Shown here: positions 1 to 13,604 of the stretch, piece after piece | Layout of the letters: every line of letters starts with the position of its first letter | How positions within the stretch are numbered: position 1 is the stretch's first letter | DNA from: Antedon mediterranea | Lineage: Eukaryota > Animalia > Echinodermata | Direction of reading: 5' to 3' | Length of the DNA: 64,000 nucleotides | NCBI RefSeq assembly: GCF_964355755.1 | Contig: NC_092673.1 | Coordinates: 21,263,648 to 21,327,647 of the forward strand | Program-made: the position numbers and the translations under genes | Notes under the pieces: generated by a model | Told to the model about the DNA's origin: nothing | Database searches by the model: none | Seen by the model: the letters and a program-made list of their open reading frames with translations, nothing else

Positions 1-31
1 GCCCTTTCTTTTCTCATTTAGATACATGATT

Positions 32-1250
32 AAACTAGAAAGCCACTTCGAGAGTGCATACTTCCGCCTACTGTAAAATTCTCCTACATAAGATTTCTCC
101 GGCAAAAAAAAAATATATATTTGTGTGTGTCTTAATGCTGTGTGTGATTTAGGCTACTACAAGCATTGTGTATGCGAGTTTGGTGTAATGGTTATGTAAC
201 AAACCTTTCAACAATTAACAATATAGCTTCAGTTGACTAACAATATACGAAAATCAAACGAGTGAATTTGAAAAGAAATAGGTTTTTTAAACTACTCGCA
301 TAAAAAAACCTGCACATTAAATCAAATTATGTTTTAAAATTTCAAATTACAAATTATAACTCTTGCCTCTTGTACAAAAATGAAGTTTTTGGACAAGTAG
401 TTCTCGAGAAAATGCAATTTAAGTTTATTTGTTAATTTAAGACTGCTCAGCGGCTTTTGAAAATTCTGTCCTATCTTTTCACACTAGCAGGTCTGAAAAT
501 AATTCTAAAAAGTGGTCCAGAATTGGGACCATGGTCCAGATTTTCACCAAAAATGGGCAGTGTCGTCCTTGCACCAGTCGACATGTATGGCAGTAATTTG
601 GAGTCATTCGAATCAAAATTGTGAGCGCTAGAGTGATGACAAACAAACAAACAAACACACACACACACAAACCAAACAGATCAACATACTTGGCCAATTT
701 TCAATTTGGCCAAGTAACAAACAGACAGACAAACCAAACAGATCAACATACTTGGCCAATTTTCATTTGGCCAAGTAACAAACAGACAGACAAACCAAAC
801 AGATCAACATACTTGCCCAATTTTCAATTTGGCCAAGTAACAAACAGACAGACAAACCAAACAGATCAACATACTTGCCCAATTTTCATTTTGGCCAAGT
901 AACAAACAGACAGACAAACCAAACAGATCAACATACTTGGCCAATTTTCATTTGGCCAAGTAACAAACAGACAGACAAACCAAACAGATCAACATACTTG
1001 GCCAATTTTCATTTGGCCAAGTAACAGACAGACAAACCAAACAGATCAACATACTTGGCCAATTTTCATTTGGCCAAGTAACAAACAGACAGACAAACCA
1101 AACAGATCAACATACTTGCCCAATTTTCATTTGGCCAAGTAACAAACAGACAGACAAACCAAACAGATCAACATACTTGCCCAATTTTCATTTGGCCAAG
1201 TAACAAACACACGCTACCAATTATACATATACCTCCTTGGCGGAGGTAAA
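32..1250. mobile_element. Helentron/HINE (DINE-1-like) non-autonomous rolling-circle element
   Basis: It starts AAACTAGAAAGCCACT. The sub-terminal motif ACTTCCGCC (60-68) is inverted to GGCGGAGGT (1239-1247). The terminal hairpin ACCTCC-TTGGC-GGAGGT (1231-1247) follows an (ACAA)/(AC)/(ACAG) microsatellite. This is the HINE layout. Confidence 0.65.
667..1206. repeat. ~61-bp tandem repeat, 9 copies, each with a hairpin
   Basis: The unit is ACAAACAGACAGACAAACCAAACAGATCAACATACTTGGCCAATTTTCATTTGGCCAAGTA. GATCAACATAC recurs at about 679, 741, 802, 864, 926, 987, 1044, 1105 and 1166. Confidence 0.95.
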
Positions 1251-2579
1251 TAAAGTCCTATTTAGCGTCCTACTCTCCTTCACATTCGTGATTATGTATA
1301 TTAAATAGAAATAATAAAATTCAATTGACGTTAACATGTTAATGATTGGCTTCTTGTGACGTTCTGTGACATTGTCCTGGCATTGTTCTCTATGTGTAAT
1401 CTGCCTAATGAAAACGTCACGTTGTTACGTAAAAAATAATGAAGTCTTTAACCTGTTTGTGCAATGTATTGTTTGTGTCTTCCACCGCGAACTCCACATA
1501 TTAATTAAATTAATTTCTGTAGAAATAAGTCGAGTAAATTATTGTTATAATAAGTCTAACGTATTAATTGTGTTTATTTAATCATTTTTATTACCTTTAT
1601 AATTCAATATTGTTTAAAAATGAATTGTTCATGTAGAAGTGAAAAAACTTCCACCACCTGAGGCAATCATCTTCATTATTATTTGTACACCAACTCTTCA
1701 TTATTATAGCTCCCATGTGAATCTAATAATTTTAACATTAAAACTTGTTTGAAAGATACTGTATCCTTATTATTATCTCCGATCAACGCCCCTGAATGTT
1801 TATCCATGAACGTGGCTACCGTGTGAACGGGGGGAAAATCTTCTATAGTAAGTTCTTTAAAATCAAGTTATGAGGCTAGTGCTACAATGTTAATAAGTGT
1901 CTTTAATTATGCTGGCAGTGATTGAAGTGTGTTTTTCTCTAAAGAGGAGATTAACTTATTTTCTACGTCATTCAGTTATCGTTGTCATTTTACGTCATAT
2001 CCTGGATACGCCGAATTCCTTGGTGTTTTTAATTTTTTATTACATATTATTTATCTATAGGTCCCGTCAGTGTATCTTGAAAGCGACCAATTTGTTAGAA
2101 GGACCCTTGAATATGGCCTATAAAGAGTATTATTCTCCAATAATTCTTGTCGGTTATGTTAGAAAATGAAGCTACGTCATATCTTGTTTTTAGGGAAATC
2201 CCCTGTCTAACGCCACCGATGACGTCATTTGTAACATTAGTTATTCCCATGTATAATGATAATACTTCTTCTTCTTCTTCGTATTAGGAGCCAACTTCAT
2301 ATGTGAAGACTCTGCTCCTCCAACTCTGTTTTGCTAGCTCTACTGTATTTGGTTGTGTATTATTGTTCTATTTAGTTATTCTTTTACAGAGAGAAACTGA
2401 CTGCCTTATTTATTTATAATTATTATTATTAATTATCATTATTATTATTATTATTTTTTTTTAATTTTCTTTTTTTCCCCTTACTTCTCCTTTCACTTTT
2501 CTTTCTCTCTTTTCTTCCCTTTCCCTTATCTCTTTTTTTATATATACATGTTTAGTATGAATATATATAATTATTGGAT

Positions 2580-2955
2580 CTATCCTATCTATTATATAAT
2601 TGTATTGTATTCAGACACCTTGTAAAGAGTAAAAAAAAGGAGTAAACTGTACCCAACATTAACACTATGGAAGTCTACCGTCCGTGCCAACCGCTATCAC
2701 TTTCCTGGGCCGCTACCTAGGAGGCAGAATAAAGTAGCTGGATACCCATTTACCCCGCCTCAGCCATCCAGTTGCCCAGCGAGCTGTCACCAAGACAGAG
2801 ACCCCCAGAGAGTAAGTTGTGACAAGGGGTACCCTATTTAATTAAGTTTGGACAATATGGGTTTTGAATTCCAGAATAGAAGTACAATTTACAACCTTAT
2901 CTGGTAGATGATTCCAGTCGATGGCAGTGCGTGGAAAGAATGAATACCTAAAATA
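2580..2955 (-). mobile_element. 3' fragment of a CR1/L2-group LINE (ORF2 C-terminus, 3' UTR and (AATAC)n tail)
   Basis: The minus strand translates FRYSFFPRTAIDWNHLPDKVVNCTSILEFKTHIVQT*. SFFPR..WN.LP is the typical ORF2 C-terminal motif of this group. The fragment ends in GAATACAATACAAT. Confidence 0.75.
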
Positions 2956-5061
2956 CACATGTAATAGGCCTGTAAGTTGATGACCTCTATGCTAAGCACA
3001 AAGTTCGTATTGTAAGAAAGATGTTTATGATAACAGCGTGGGATGACTGTAGTCCTGGCGGAGGAGGAATTATGAGGGTTGAAATTAGGCTACCATTCTC
3101 ATTCTCATCATCATTAGACGTAATATTACAAAATGGCGGTAAACTTGATTGACATTTTTAAAGTTCATTGGCAGCGTTTAGTTTGATACACTTGTGGGCA
3201 TTTGGAATCAACAGGGTTCAACGCACCTGTCGTACATTCATCAAGAGCATGTCGTATCCGGGATCGGAATACGACAGATCGTCAACATTGTCACGTGCCG
3301 TACCAAATTTCCTATTGTGGCTAAATTAAAGTTATCATATATTATAGTCTAGGCCTATTGCATAAAATAATAGCTTGTAGTATCACACAAACTCGACGTT
3401 CAGGTTCTAGCTTTTCCGTTTCGTTTCAATTTACGACGCGTCACCAATAGAATTGAACGGCGCCGTCAAATTACGTGAAACGGAACACGTGTGAATTTAT
3501 GTATAGCTTTTGAGTCGAGATTACAGTGGATAAGGTGGAGTACATCATAGCTCACGTCACGCTCCAGTTCTACTGGAATTAATATCGGGCAAATACAGAG
3601 TCGACGTCAACTCGGCCAAACAATAGCGCATACGATCCTTGAGCCGAGTGTGACGTAATATTACGCGTCGTAGAGAGTAAATCATCAGCGATCAATATGA
3701 GTGATTGCAATACAGCAGGTATATTTATACAAAATCTGATGCAAATGTGAGCTATCTACGTTGTTACAACTCATTAACTACTTAAGATTGCGACCGATGA
3801 CAACAATCGTGTAGTATTTATAGCGTTGTGGTTAATATTTATTACTGCAAGCGACTCGCTCATTCAAATGACAGATTTTGTACTTTATTTTTTAATTTAG
3901 GCCTAAAAATACAATATATTATTATTAATCTTGACCTATACGGAAATAAAAATAGGCTTAAAGTATAACATTATCGGATGTTTGCTATTGTATTACAACG
4001 ATAGAGTGAAAATTAGCGTTTTTTCATGTATTGATCACATAACTCTTGGTGAATATGTTCAAAATAAAATAATTAGATTTTTACAACTATATGATTTTTG
4101 CCAAAAGTATGCACTTATGTTTAATGATTTATTTATTCGATTGATCAAGCCGAACAAGTGTTTGTTAAAGTGTAAAATAAAGACCCGAACAAAACGGAAA
4201 TTACCTGGAAGCGAAACTAGAAAAAGAGTATCGGTGACGGTAGATATACTATTCAACACCTTCTTATCCGGTTTGTTATAAGTTCGGGTAAGTGTCGTGA
4301 GCACAGTTATCGATCGCTTCTTGGTGGATAGGAACCAACCATATATCCGGGTAGTGAACTTTAGGAAACGCGTACACTTGCCCCAAGTCTGTAGTATATT
4401 ACTGTTATTGTCTTTTTTATGTTAGTCCACCAGTCGGCGATTCGAGTTTTGTCAAGTAGTATACGCATGAAACGCGATATATGCCAAAATATTTATCTTT
4501 TTACTAATAATATTATAAACACACTAAATAAATACTGATAATAAGTAGATGAAAATATTAATACGCATGCGCATTAGTGAATACTTTAGATTTGCGCGAA
4601 TAGATTCGTCTGGTGGGGAAACCCGGGTACTTGCGTCAAATTTCCCCTCACTTTCGTGAAACGAAAATAAACCAAATAAACCAATCAATGATACGGATGG
4701 ACTGAAACTGCTGGGATAGGATTTGGTAACGCTAAAGTAACTTTAATCGGTCGGTGACTTTCTGCCCACGTAACACAAGCTCTTTAATAGTTCATGTCAG
4801 GACACATAATAACAGCTGATTTATGAATCCAAAAAGCTGTCCCTCTTGTTGACCTTTATACAGTGCGCGCACATAGCGCGTGGGAACGCTCATCAACAAT
4901 TCTGGTTCATACAGCGGCGGAGCGTAATATAATTTACCTGTGGCCGTTTTACTTTAAAAAGTATAAAAAACTGTCTGTAAAATCAATTATCCTAGAAACT
5001 TTGGGGTAAAATCGTTTGATGGCGTTGAATGTTGAGATATTAAACCAATTTATTTATTCAT

Positions 5062-5982
5062 CAGCTCAATAACCTCCGTGAGCGGCCACCTCCCGTAAGC
5101 GGCAACCTTCTTTATGCCTACCTTAAGCGTGGTTCCCACTAGCGACGCAACACAAGGACGTAACGCAACGCAAGTGAATTGACCAATCACAAGCGATGGC
5201 TTATTCGCTTGTGATTGCTAACTGTCTATAACTTCGCTTGTCATTGGTTAAAAAGCTTGCGTTGCGTTTACGTCCTTGCTTTACGTTCTAGTGGGAACCA
5301 AGCTTTATGCCTGATTCCCAAGACGCAACACAACGTAAGTGCTTTGACCAATAACAACTTAAAAGGTGATGGATTATTACACTGTCGCTTGCCATTGGTC
5401 AACACGCTTGCGTTGCGTCTACGTCTGGCTTTAACGGCGCACTTTCAAACGCCCGTTTCAAACGCCCGTTTGTTCTTCCTATCTAATTAGTGCATTTGGT
5501 ACCTCCCCAGTACCTCCCGTAAGCGACCACCTCTCGTAAGCGACCGCGGCAACTTTTTTTTACTAATAAAAATTATACATTTTGTATGGTAAACTACCTC
5601 CCGTAACAACAAAAATACAAGTTTTATACTTATTGTGTTTTATATATTAGCTTTATTTGGAAGTGGTTTTAAAAACATTTCTGTAAAGAACATTTCTGTG
5701 TTTTTTAGATGAGATGAGAAAAACTACACAGATTTTGACCAACCATTTCATATGATAAAACCTTTAAAATTTGTTTGAAAATAATAAATAATACTAAACC
5801 ACCTGATCATAAACCATAAAATACAATTAGCTGGAGAATTTAGAGGCCCGTTGCGTTAATAACGAAATTATCGTGCAGCCATAACGTGATTTTAGCCCTC
5901 TACCGGCAGAGCCTTTCGTAAGCGGTCGCCTCCCGTCGTAAGCGGCCACTTTTTCCGGTCCCAATAGGGTGGCCGCTTACTG
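5062..5982. mobile_element. Degenerate pogo/Tigger-type MITE interrupted by younger MITEs
   Basis: CCTCCCGTAAGCG(G/A)CCACC motifs are repeated at about 5072-5108, 5513-5553 and 5917-5950, with an inverted GGGTGGCCGCTTAC at about 5967-5980. Confidence 0.5.
5126..5304. mobile_element. PIF/Harbinger-type MITE, family B (inverted CCAAT boxes)
   Basis: TIRs are AGCGTGGTTCCCACTAG...CTAGTGGGAACCAAGCT, with a TTA target duplication (5123-25 and 5305-07). Related copies lie at about 5308-5430, 10712-10860, 23855-24060, 43790-43868 and 44471-44667. Confidence 0.85.
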
Positions 5983-6396
5983 TTCAACACTCTAGATGAG
6001 AAAATCATGTTTGTTGTCTATATCTGCATCCAAGAACTTTGTACGCATGCCCACTGGTGTGGAAACTCCGTCGTGCGCGTCTTTACTACCGGTTTCTTTG
6101 TTGTTTTTCTTTTATTTGTGTTTTACACGTGTGTACAATGTCAGTATTTGTTTATATTATAAACCCTAGCCTTGACCTGCTTTTGCAAAAGGAGGATATA
6201 GAATCTCATTAATTACAATTTATAGATTTAAATTAGGGTTTGAATGTTTATATTTATTTTAATGTTATATACTGTAGGCCACATCCTTTATCGAAAATAC
6301 CTCAAATATTACACGTGATTTTTGTTAGCCTACTCAATATTTTTAAACTTTTAAGTACTTCCAGTCGTTTGTTTGTTTTGAGAAAAATGTCACTAA

Positions 6397-8047
6397 AGGG
6401 GGTGTCCTGAATATAAAGATGCCACTAATAGGGGTGTTATGTCCTGGATATAAAGATGTCTCTAATAGGGGTGTCCTGAATATAAAGATGTCTCTAATAG
6501 GGTGTCCTGGATATAAAGATGCCACTAATAAGGGTGTCCTGAATATAAAGATTCCACTAATAGGGGTGTCCTGGGTATAAATATGTCTCTAATAGGGGTG
6601 TCCTGTGTATAAAGATGTCTCTAATAGGGGTGTCCTGAATATAAAGATGCCACTAATAGGGTGTCCTGGATATAAAGATGCCACTAATAAGGGTGTCCTG
6701 TGTATAAAGATGTCTCTAATAGGGGTGTCCTGAATATAAAGATTTCTCTAATATGGGTGTCCTGAATATAAAGATGTCTCTAATAAGGGTCTCCTGAATA
6801 TAAAGATTTCTCTAATAGGGGTGTCCTGTGTATAAAGATGTCTCTAATAAGGGTCTCTAATATAAAGATGTCTCTAATAAGGGTGTCCTGAATATAAAGA
6901 TGTCAATAATAGGGGTGTCCTAAATATAAAGATTTCTCTAATAGGGGTGTCCTAAATATAAAGATGTCTCTAATAGGGGTGTCCTGTGTATAAAGATGTC
7001 TCTAATAAGGGTCTCCTGAATATAAAGATGTCTCTAATAGGGGTGTCTTGAATATAAAGATGTCTCTAATAAGGGTCTCCTGAATCTAAAGATGTCTCTA
7101 ATAGGGGTGTCTTGAATATAAAGATGTCTCTAATAAGGGTCTCCTGAATATAAAGATGTCTCTAATAGGGGTGTCCTGAATATAAAGATGTCTCTAATAG
7201 GGGTGTCCTGAATATAAAGATGTCTCTAATAGGGGTGTCCTATGTATAAAGATGTCTCTAATAAGGGTGTCTTGAATATAAAGATGTCTCTAATAGGGGT
7301 GTCTTGAATATAAAGATGTCTCTAATAGGGGTGTCCTGAATCTAAAGATGTCTCTAATAAGGGTCTTCTGAATATAAAGATGTCTCTAATAGGGGTGTCC
7401 TGAATATAAAGATGTCTCTAATAGGGGTGTCCTGAATATAAAGATGTCTCTAATAGGGGTGTCCTGTGTATAAAGATGTCTCTAATAGGGGTGTCTTGAA
7501 TATAAAGATGTCTCTAATAAGGGTCTCCTGAATATAAAGATGTCTCTAATAGGGGTGTCTTGAATATAAAGATGTCTCTAATAGGGGTGTCCTGAATCTA
7601 AAGATGTCTCTAATAAGGGTCTCCTGAATATAAAGATGTCTCTAATAGGGGTGTCCTGAATATAAAGATGTCTCTAATAGGGGTGTCCTGAATATAAAGA
7701 TGTCTCTAATAGGGGTGTCCTGTGTATAAAGATGTCTCTAATAGGGGTGTCTTGAATATAAAGATGTCTCTAATAGGGGTGTCTTGAATATAAAGATGTC
7801 TCTAATAGGGGTGTGCTGTGTATAAAGATGTCTCTAATAGGGGTGTCTTGAATATAAAGATGTCTCTAATAGGGGTCTCTTGAATATAAAGATGTCTCTA
7901 ATAGGGGTGTCTTGAATATAAAGATGTCTCTAATAGGGGTGTCCTGAATATAAAGATGTCTCTAATAGGGGTGTCTTGAATATAAAGATGTCTCTAATAG
8001 GGGTGTGCTGTGTATAAAGATGTCACAAAAGAGGGATTTCTACTGTA
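6397..8047. repeat. 32-bp minisatellite (~50 copies) ending in a pogo/Tigger-like terminus
   Basis: The unit is AGGGGTGTCCTGAATATAAAGATGTCTCTAAT. The array ends in AGAGGGATTTCTACTG-TA, whose reverse complement is TA-CAGTAGAAATCCCTCT. Confidence 0.95.
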
Positions 8048-8169
8048 TTATTCTAATCGTTTTGTATTTCGCATAATTATACTTAATAAAATTCATACAA
8101 AAACTTTAAAAAACATAATTAATATGTATTTTTACGGACAGGAAATTTAAATGTAAATAAACTAATAAT

Positions 8170-8327
8170 AGGGAGCTTTCGCAGGAGCACGTAAACGTTA
8201 ACTTTAACGTAATTTAACAACTAGAAGTACGTTAGCGCACAACTGAACTATGCTGTTATGCAAAATGAGTAGAATGTTGACGTCATCCGTTAAAGTTAAC
8301 GTTTACCTGCTCGTGTGAAAGTTCCCT
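8170..8327. mobile_element. MITE with ~40-bp TIRs (Harbinger/ISL2EU-like)
   Basis: AGGGAGCTTTCGCAGGAGCACGTAAACGTTAACTTTAACG pairs with CGTTAAAGTTAACGTTTACCTGCTCGTGTGAAAGTTCCCT. AAT flanks both sides. Confidence 0.75.
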
Positions 8328-10868
8328 AATGTTAGTTTATTTAGCTTTTAACAAGAAAAACATATTGTGTCTAACCGTGGCTTTTATAATGTTTGTTTCG
8401 TTATATGCTGTACAATAAACATAATAATTTCGTTTGTTGCGCAATACGAATTATTGTTACGAATGTGTTAATTTACTCAACGCGCTACATTGGACATGGG
8501 GCAAACGAGACACACAGATTGGTTAAGAAAGCAATTCCAACGTGGTTGATACACAGTTATTAAATTTAAAGAAGCTTTTAAATGTTAGTTTTTGGGGGTG
8601 TAAATCTCTTAACGAGTACTAAGCTATGTCGTTATCTTGTAATTACTAAGTTTTAACCCCACGCCGATATTCGTCGTTGGTCAACGGAGTGCATAACACA
8701 CCTCCTACGCCACAACTAATTGTTACGGTACTCTGAACAGTGTTAACATAATAATAATAATTATGTTGATTGCACGACAAAAAAAGTGCTACACTGCGAC
8801 CCTGTTCTGAGTTTTTGGCGCATATTGGTAGCTTTCACGTGCACAACGTCGATCTGTTTATTGACATGCGCAACCGATCGTAATCCGCGCTCTCTGTTGC
8901 TACGTCGTACTAATACTGGAGGACTTTTTTTTTCAATCTGCTATAGCTCCTCAGAGTGTATTCTGTGTATGATATATTTTTCACACAAAATTCATAACTA
9001 TTATTATTATTAAAGAAGTGAAAAAGTACAATAAAATTTTGAAGAAATAGGACTACCACAAACAAGTATTTGATCCGTTGCACCTTAACTTAAAATATAA
9101 ATTTACAAATAAATTACACAAATGTTTTTATACAAGTTAAAATGGTTTATTTGAAAAAAAATTAGACTTATATAGGAGATGACCAGCCCTGTCATCGCCT
9201 AATGACTAGTGACCCGCTAGTGCTAATTAGACACGGTTATCATTTTCCTCTTCAGACGTGTTCATTAGCAAAGCGGAAGATTTTAGCTAATGTAAGGTAT
9301 AAACATCTTTAAACCTCCTCCTGGATTTTTGATCAGTTTTGGAGTAGGAGTCATGATTAAAGAGTCAGTGCAGTTTCCAACCTTAAAATCCCTTCTTTAA
9401 ATCCATGTCTATTTTATAATATAGGCCTACTAGATGGCCATTTTGTGTTTTTTTTTGTTCTGTTATTTAGGCCACATTAATTCATCCGATTCTCATACTA
9501 TACTATATCTCCAAATTTATCTCTAAATTTATTTCGAGTATGCAAAATTCTGTAATACACTGTAAAAAGTAATTCGGATTTTACACAATATTTTCGTGTA
9601 ATTTGTTCTCTCCTTTGAGTAAACTCTCCTTTTCCTTCAATTTGTGTTTAAGTTTTTAAGGTTGCCAGTACCCCACACGGTGAAAACTATAATATTCCCT
9701 TTGAGGTAATCTTATAAAAGTTACACATTCAGCATGACTAAACTCCGACGGTCACACTACGAGAGGGGTACACTTTTCCTATAAAAAGCTGGCCCCCAAA
9801 AGCGCGAGAATATTGTATTCATGCCCTACACAAGTCAAGTGTCCCATTAAATGTAGGCTATATGCATGTACCGCATGTATGTTAAAGTAATGTTAGGTTT
9901 ATGGTATTATGATACATTCTTCTCATGTGATATATGACACTGTATCACAGAAGTTGCCTATGATACTGTACAAAATTATAGATACAATACTAAAAATTGG
10001 CTTAAAAACGCGTTTTTAATTCAAGAGTTAAAATTGGTTAGATTGTCGCATATAACACATGCTATAAATCATGCTTGTTTAAGGCATTTTACGCTTGGCT
10101 TTCCATTATGTGGGCGGGTAAATCCTAATAACTCTCAGACAATAGTTTTAAAATGTTATCTATATTTATATTAAACATAATAGCTAAAGATTTATTGTTA
10201 ATTAACATTAAATGTTCACTGTCCGTTCCAATTGACATCAGTCGCAAAACGTTTTGAAAAAGAACAATTTTATGATAGGCCTATGTGATTTCTTTCATTT
10301 CTTTCATTTACCCAAAAATATAAAATATAGACATTTTAACATAAATTAAACATAATACATCAAGGGAAGGGCTAAAAATAGTTTAAACTAATCAAGTTCA
10401 GCCCTCAAAATTGCAAAATAAATAGTTATATACAAAAAAAAAAATAAATAAGGGCTACCTTTCTAAAATGAATATGCATAACACATTTTCTTTGAAAAAT
10501 GTATAAGCAGAAGAAATTCTAACGCACAATCATTTATTTTATCCTGTAATTGGTGTTCACACTGTCGGGTGGAAATGAATTAAATACATTTTAAAACATA
10601 TATTGATTTTAAATCAAGTGATGGGTTGATTGTTTTGTAATGTATATTAGGCCTAATAATTATAGCTTCTTATCTTAGAACATCAAAAATTACGTATAGC
10701 TCGATTTATTGGACGCAACGCAGCAAAGTCGTAAGCACGCTGCAGGCATGTAATTTGACCAATCAGGACGCGATGTGGATTGTCTGAACTGTCGTCTGTG
10801 ATTGATCAACTCACTTGCGTTTTGTATACGCCATTGCGTTGCGCCCAAGTGGTGGGAACAACTCTTAA

Positions 10869-11260
10869 AGATGTATTATCCCTTGAAACACAAAAAAATA
10901 AAGATCAAAATATACTAAATTTTAATTGGCTATATCAAAGTAATATTAAAGTTATTCACTTTAAGTCAAAATTTCGAGCCAAAAACAACACCTTTACGTA
11001 ATTAACAGCTAAATTAATTTGATTACATTTCGTCTGGAAAATAGTCGCGAGCGAAAGTAAACAAAGATTTCAAACCATGAGTATACATTATGCATGATGC
11101 TAATTAGGATTGTTTACAACTCGTCACGGTTGAGAGAGGGTGTTTCACACAGATCGCGAGGAAGTTTTATGATTATGCATACAGAGTAGCCAAATAAGCG
11201 CATTGCATTATAAGATATGTTTTGATCGAAAACTTTGACTGGAAGTCAAAGTTATTTTTT
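10869..11260. mobile_element. Kolobok-like element, left part (right end not located)
   Basis: TTAA-AGATGTATTATCCC matches the terminus of the copies at 24428 and 60599. Confidence 0.4.
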
Positions 11261-13216
11261 GAACCAAAAAACGTCTGTATTTCAGTTAAATTATTTTTTT
11301 TTTCGACTAATTTTTGGTGAAAGTTAATAACTATCATAATACTTCAAAATGACCGACTTTTTTTCGAAATCTTTTTATTTTTATTTTTTTGAAATTTGAC
11401 ATCTTTAACTTCAAAATATTATGGTCATTCTTCTGCTGTTCATATGATTCGGTCAATGACTTAACGCTACAAAATATTCACCTAGTTTGGCAAAATACGA
11501 CTTGGGAGTGGCATTAATAATGTCACCACTGTTTATTTTTTAATTTTATATGTGAAAAACACAGACTGATTCATGTGGAAACACCAAGCCCAGAAATCTG
11601 TGGAAGATTTTGACACGCCAAATAAAAAAGAAATGTTAGTTTCATGTCCGGCTTTCATTTTCTTTAATAAAAAGGCTCATGATTCTTGTATGAATGGTGG
11701 GTATATAACGAAGGTTTTTGTGGCACTTTAAAATATATCAAGACAAAAATTCATCATGATGTATTTGGGTTTTCGTCGCCATATTTGAATATATCTCGGT
11801 ATCTATATATTTCACTTTTTAAAAAACATCAAAAACAATTCATTGAGGCAAATGAAAATCCGTAGCAGCCAAAAAAGCTGGATTGAGGATTTTTTTACAA
11901 AAGGCCTTTAATTAAAAACATCAAAACAAATAATTTCATACAAAAAACATAAATGAACAAAACAGGTTTTTAGGTAAAACAATTTTACCTAAAGCAGCAA
12001 AATTGAAAAAGTTCGCAACGAGCGTCGGAGGTGAAAGTGAACATCCAACTGAATCAAAAGATGGGTGACGATCCAATTAAGAATTTAGCAGACTAGTAAG
12101 ATATTGAAGAAAAAGTTGCACTATTTGGTCATTATTCAATTAAAAAAAACTGTGGAGTAAAACTGTAATTATTATTTTACTGATTATAAACTCAACACTA
12201 ACCTTTTTCTTTAATACCTTTTAATTTTACAGTATAAGTTTGTTAAAATACTGTAACGTGAATGTCCTTGCGGTCAGAAAAATTATAATGACATTGTTTA
12301 AAGATATATTTTGTTAAGCGTATGATATTTTACCCACTAAATTGTGTTTTTTGAAAGAGAAAAATCGGCTTTCCTATGTGGTTTTATCTAAGCTGTTAGT
12401 CACTCTCGTGAGTAATTCTTACCCACGCCAAAATCACTCAACTTTAGAAGGCCACAATATTGATATTAGTTATTCACCTTTTATACGATATAGATATAAC
12501 AGAGCTGGTGACCTCTAATAACAAGCATGGGTTCGAATCGTAGGCTCAATGTTGTGTTCAGAATTTGTTTAGATTATGCCAAGCCGTTTAGAGTGCCGAA
12601 CACTAACCTGATGACCACAAAGTTGACGCGCGCGCGTGTACAGAACTCATTTATCAGTTTATTGACGCGCGTATCATACATTTTTGTATGTCAATCAATC
12701 ATTTATAAGCATGTACTTAATACATTCCTGGGTTAGAGGTCTTAACATTAGTTGGGCTTATTTTTATTTTATTGCATTCTGGAGGGCGGTATGTAACTCA
12801 CTCATGTTAAATGGGTACTATGTTTCCTTATAACATCTTTTTAATTGTATCCTATAATAATTGGAATTGACTGTAAAACACGCACACATAATTACAGTTT
12901 TACTCCCCAGTTTATTATTGAATCATTTTTGTTATATAGGTATGAGCCGCCACACATTAAACCAGACCCATTCAAATGACCAACTAATATAGGCCCATGC
13001 CACTTTTTTTTTTATCATAGATCTGTCGATCTATATCGCATTGCCCGATCCTAAACTATTTTTTACTATTCAATATTTCAAACTTTTGTTAAAAACCACA
13101 AAATCTAGTAACCTTGAAATAGATTGTTTGCTATATTGACGTCGCTTTATCAGTTTCCGCGATTTGTTGTGGTTTTTGGCTCCATTGTTATTTATAAGTA
13201 AGAGATAATGAATGAA

Positions 13217-13604
13217 GGACTACATTTCCAATCCAAAATTTAAATTTGAATATAAAGAAATCAATTTGTAGTATATAAACTAAACGAGTGTTAACAGGGC
13301 TTGGGTTAGTACTATACCTAATTGAGTTAGCACAATTTCTAGTAAAAACCTAGGCCTAAATCTATTGAATGAAAATAAAATGTTGCAACCCAGGCTAGAC
13401 ATATTTTATTGATGCAAATCAGGACTACATTTTCAATCCAAAATTTAAATTTGGATATAAAGGAATCAATTTGTAGTATATAAACTAAATGAGTGTTAAC
13501 AGGGCTTGGGTTAGTGCGGTACTATAACTAATTGAGTTAGCACAATTTCTAGTAAAAACCTAGGCCTAAATCTACTGAATGATTGTTGCAACCCAGGCTA
13601 GACA
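13217..13604. repeat. Tandem duplication, 2 x ~185 bp
   Basis: AGGACTACATT...CCCAGGCTAGACA occurs at 13217-13402 and 13421-13604. Confidence 0.9.

Noticed and set aside
471-902. ORFs 471-668, 479-697 and 621-902
   Set aside because: They are translations of the microsatellite and tandem repeat inside a TE.
667-1206. CRISPR-like look of the palindromic 61-bp array
   Set aside because: The sequences between the hairpins are near-identical rather than unique spacers, there are no cas genes, and the context is eukaryotic.
3931-4304. Overlapping 116-aa and 81-aa ORFs
   Set aside because: They have non-ATG starts, AT-driven composition, no domain and no convincing splice chain.
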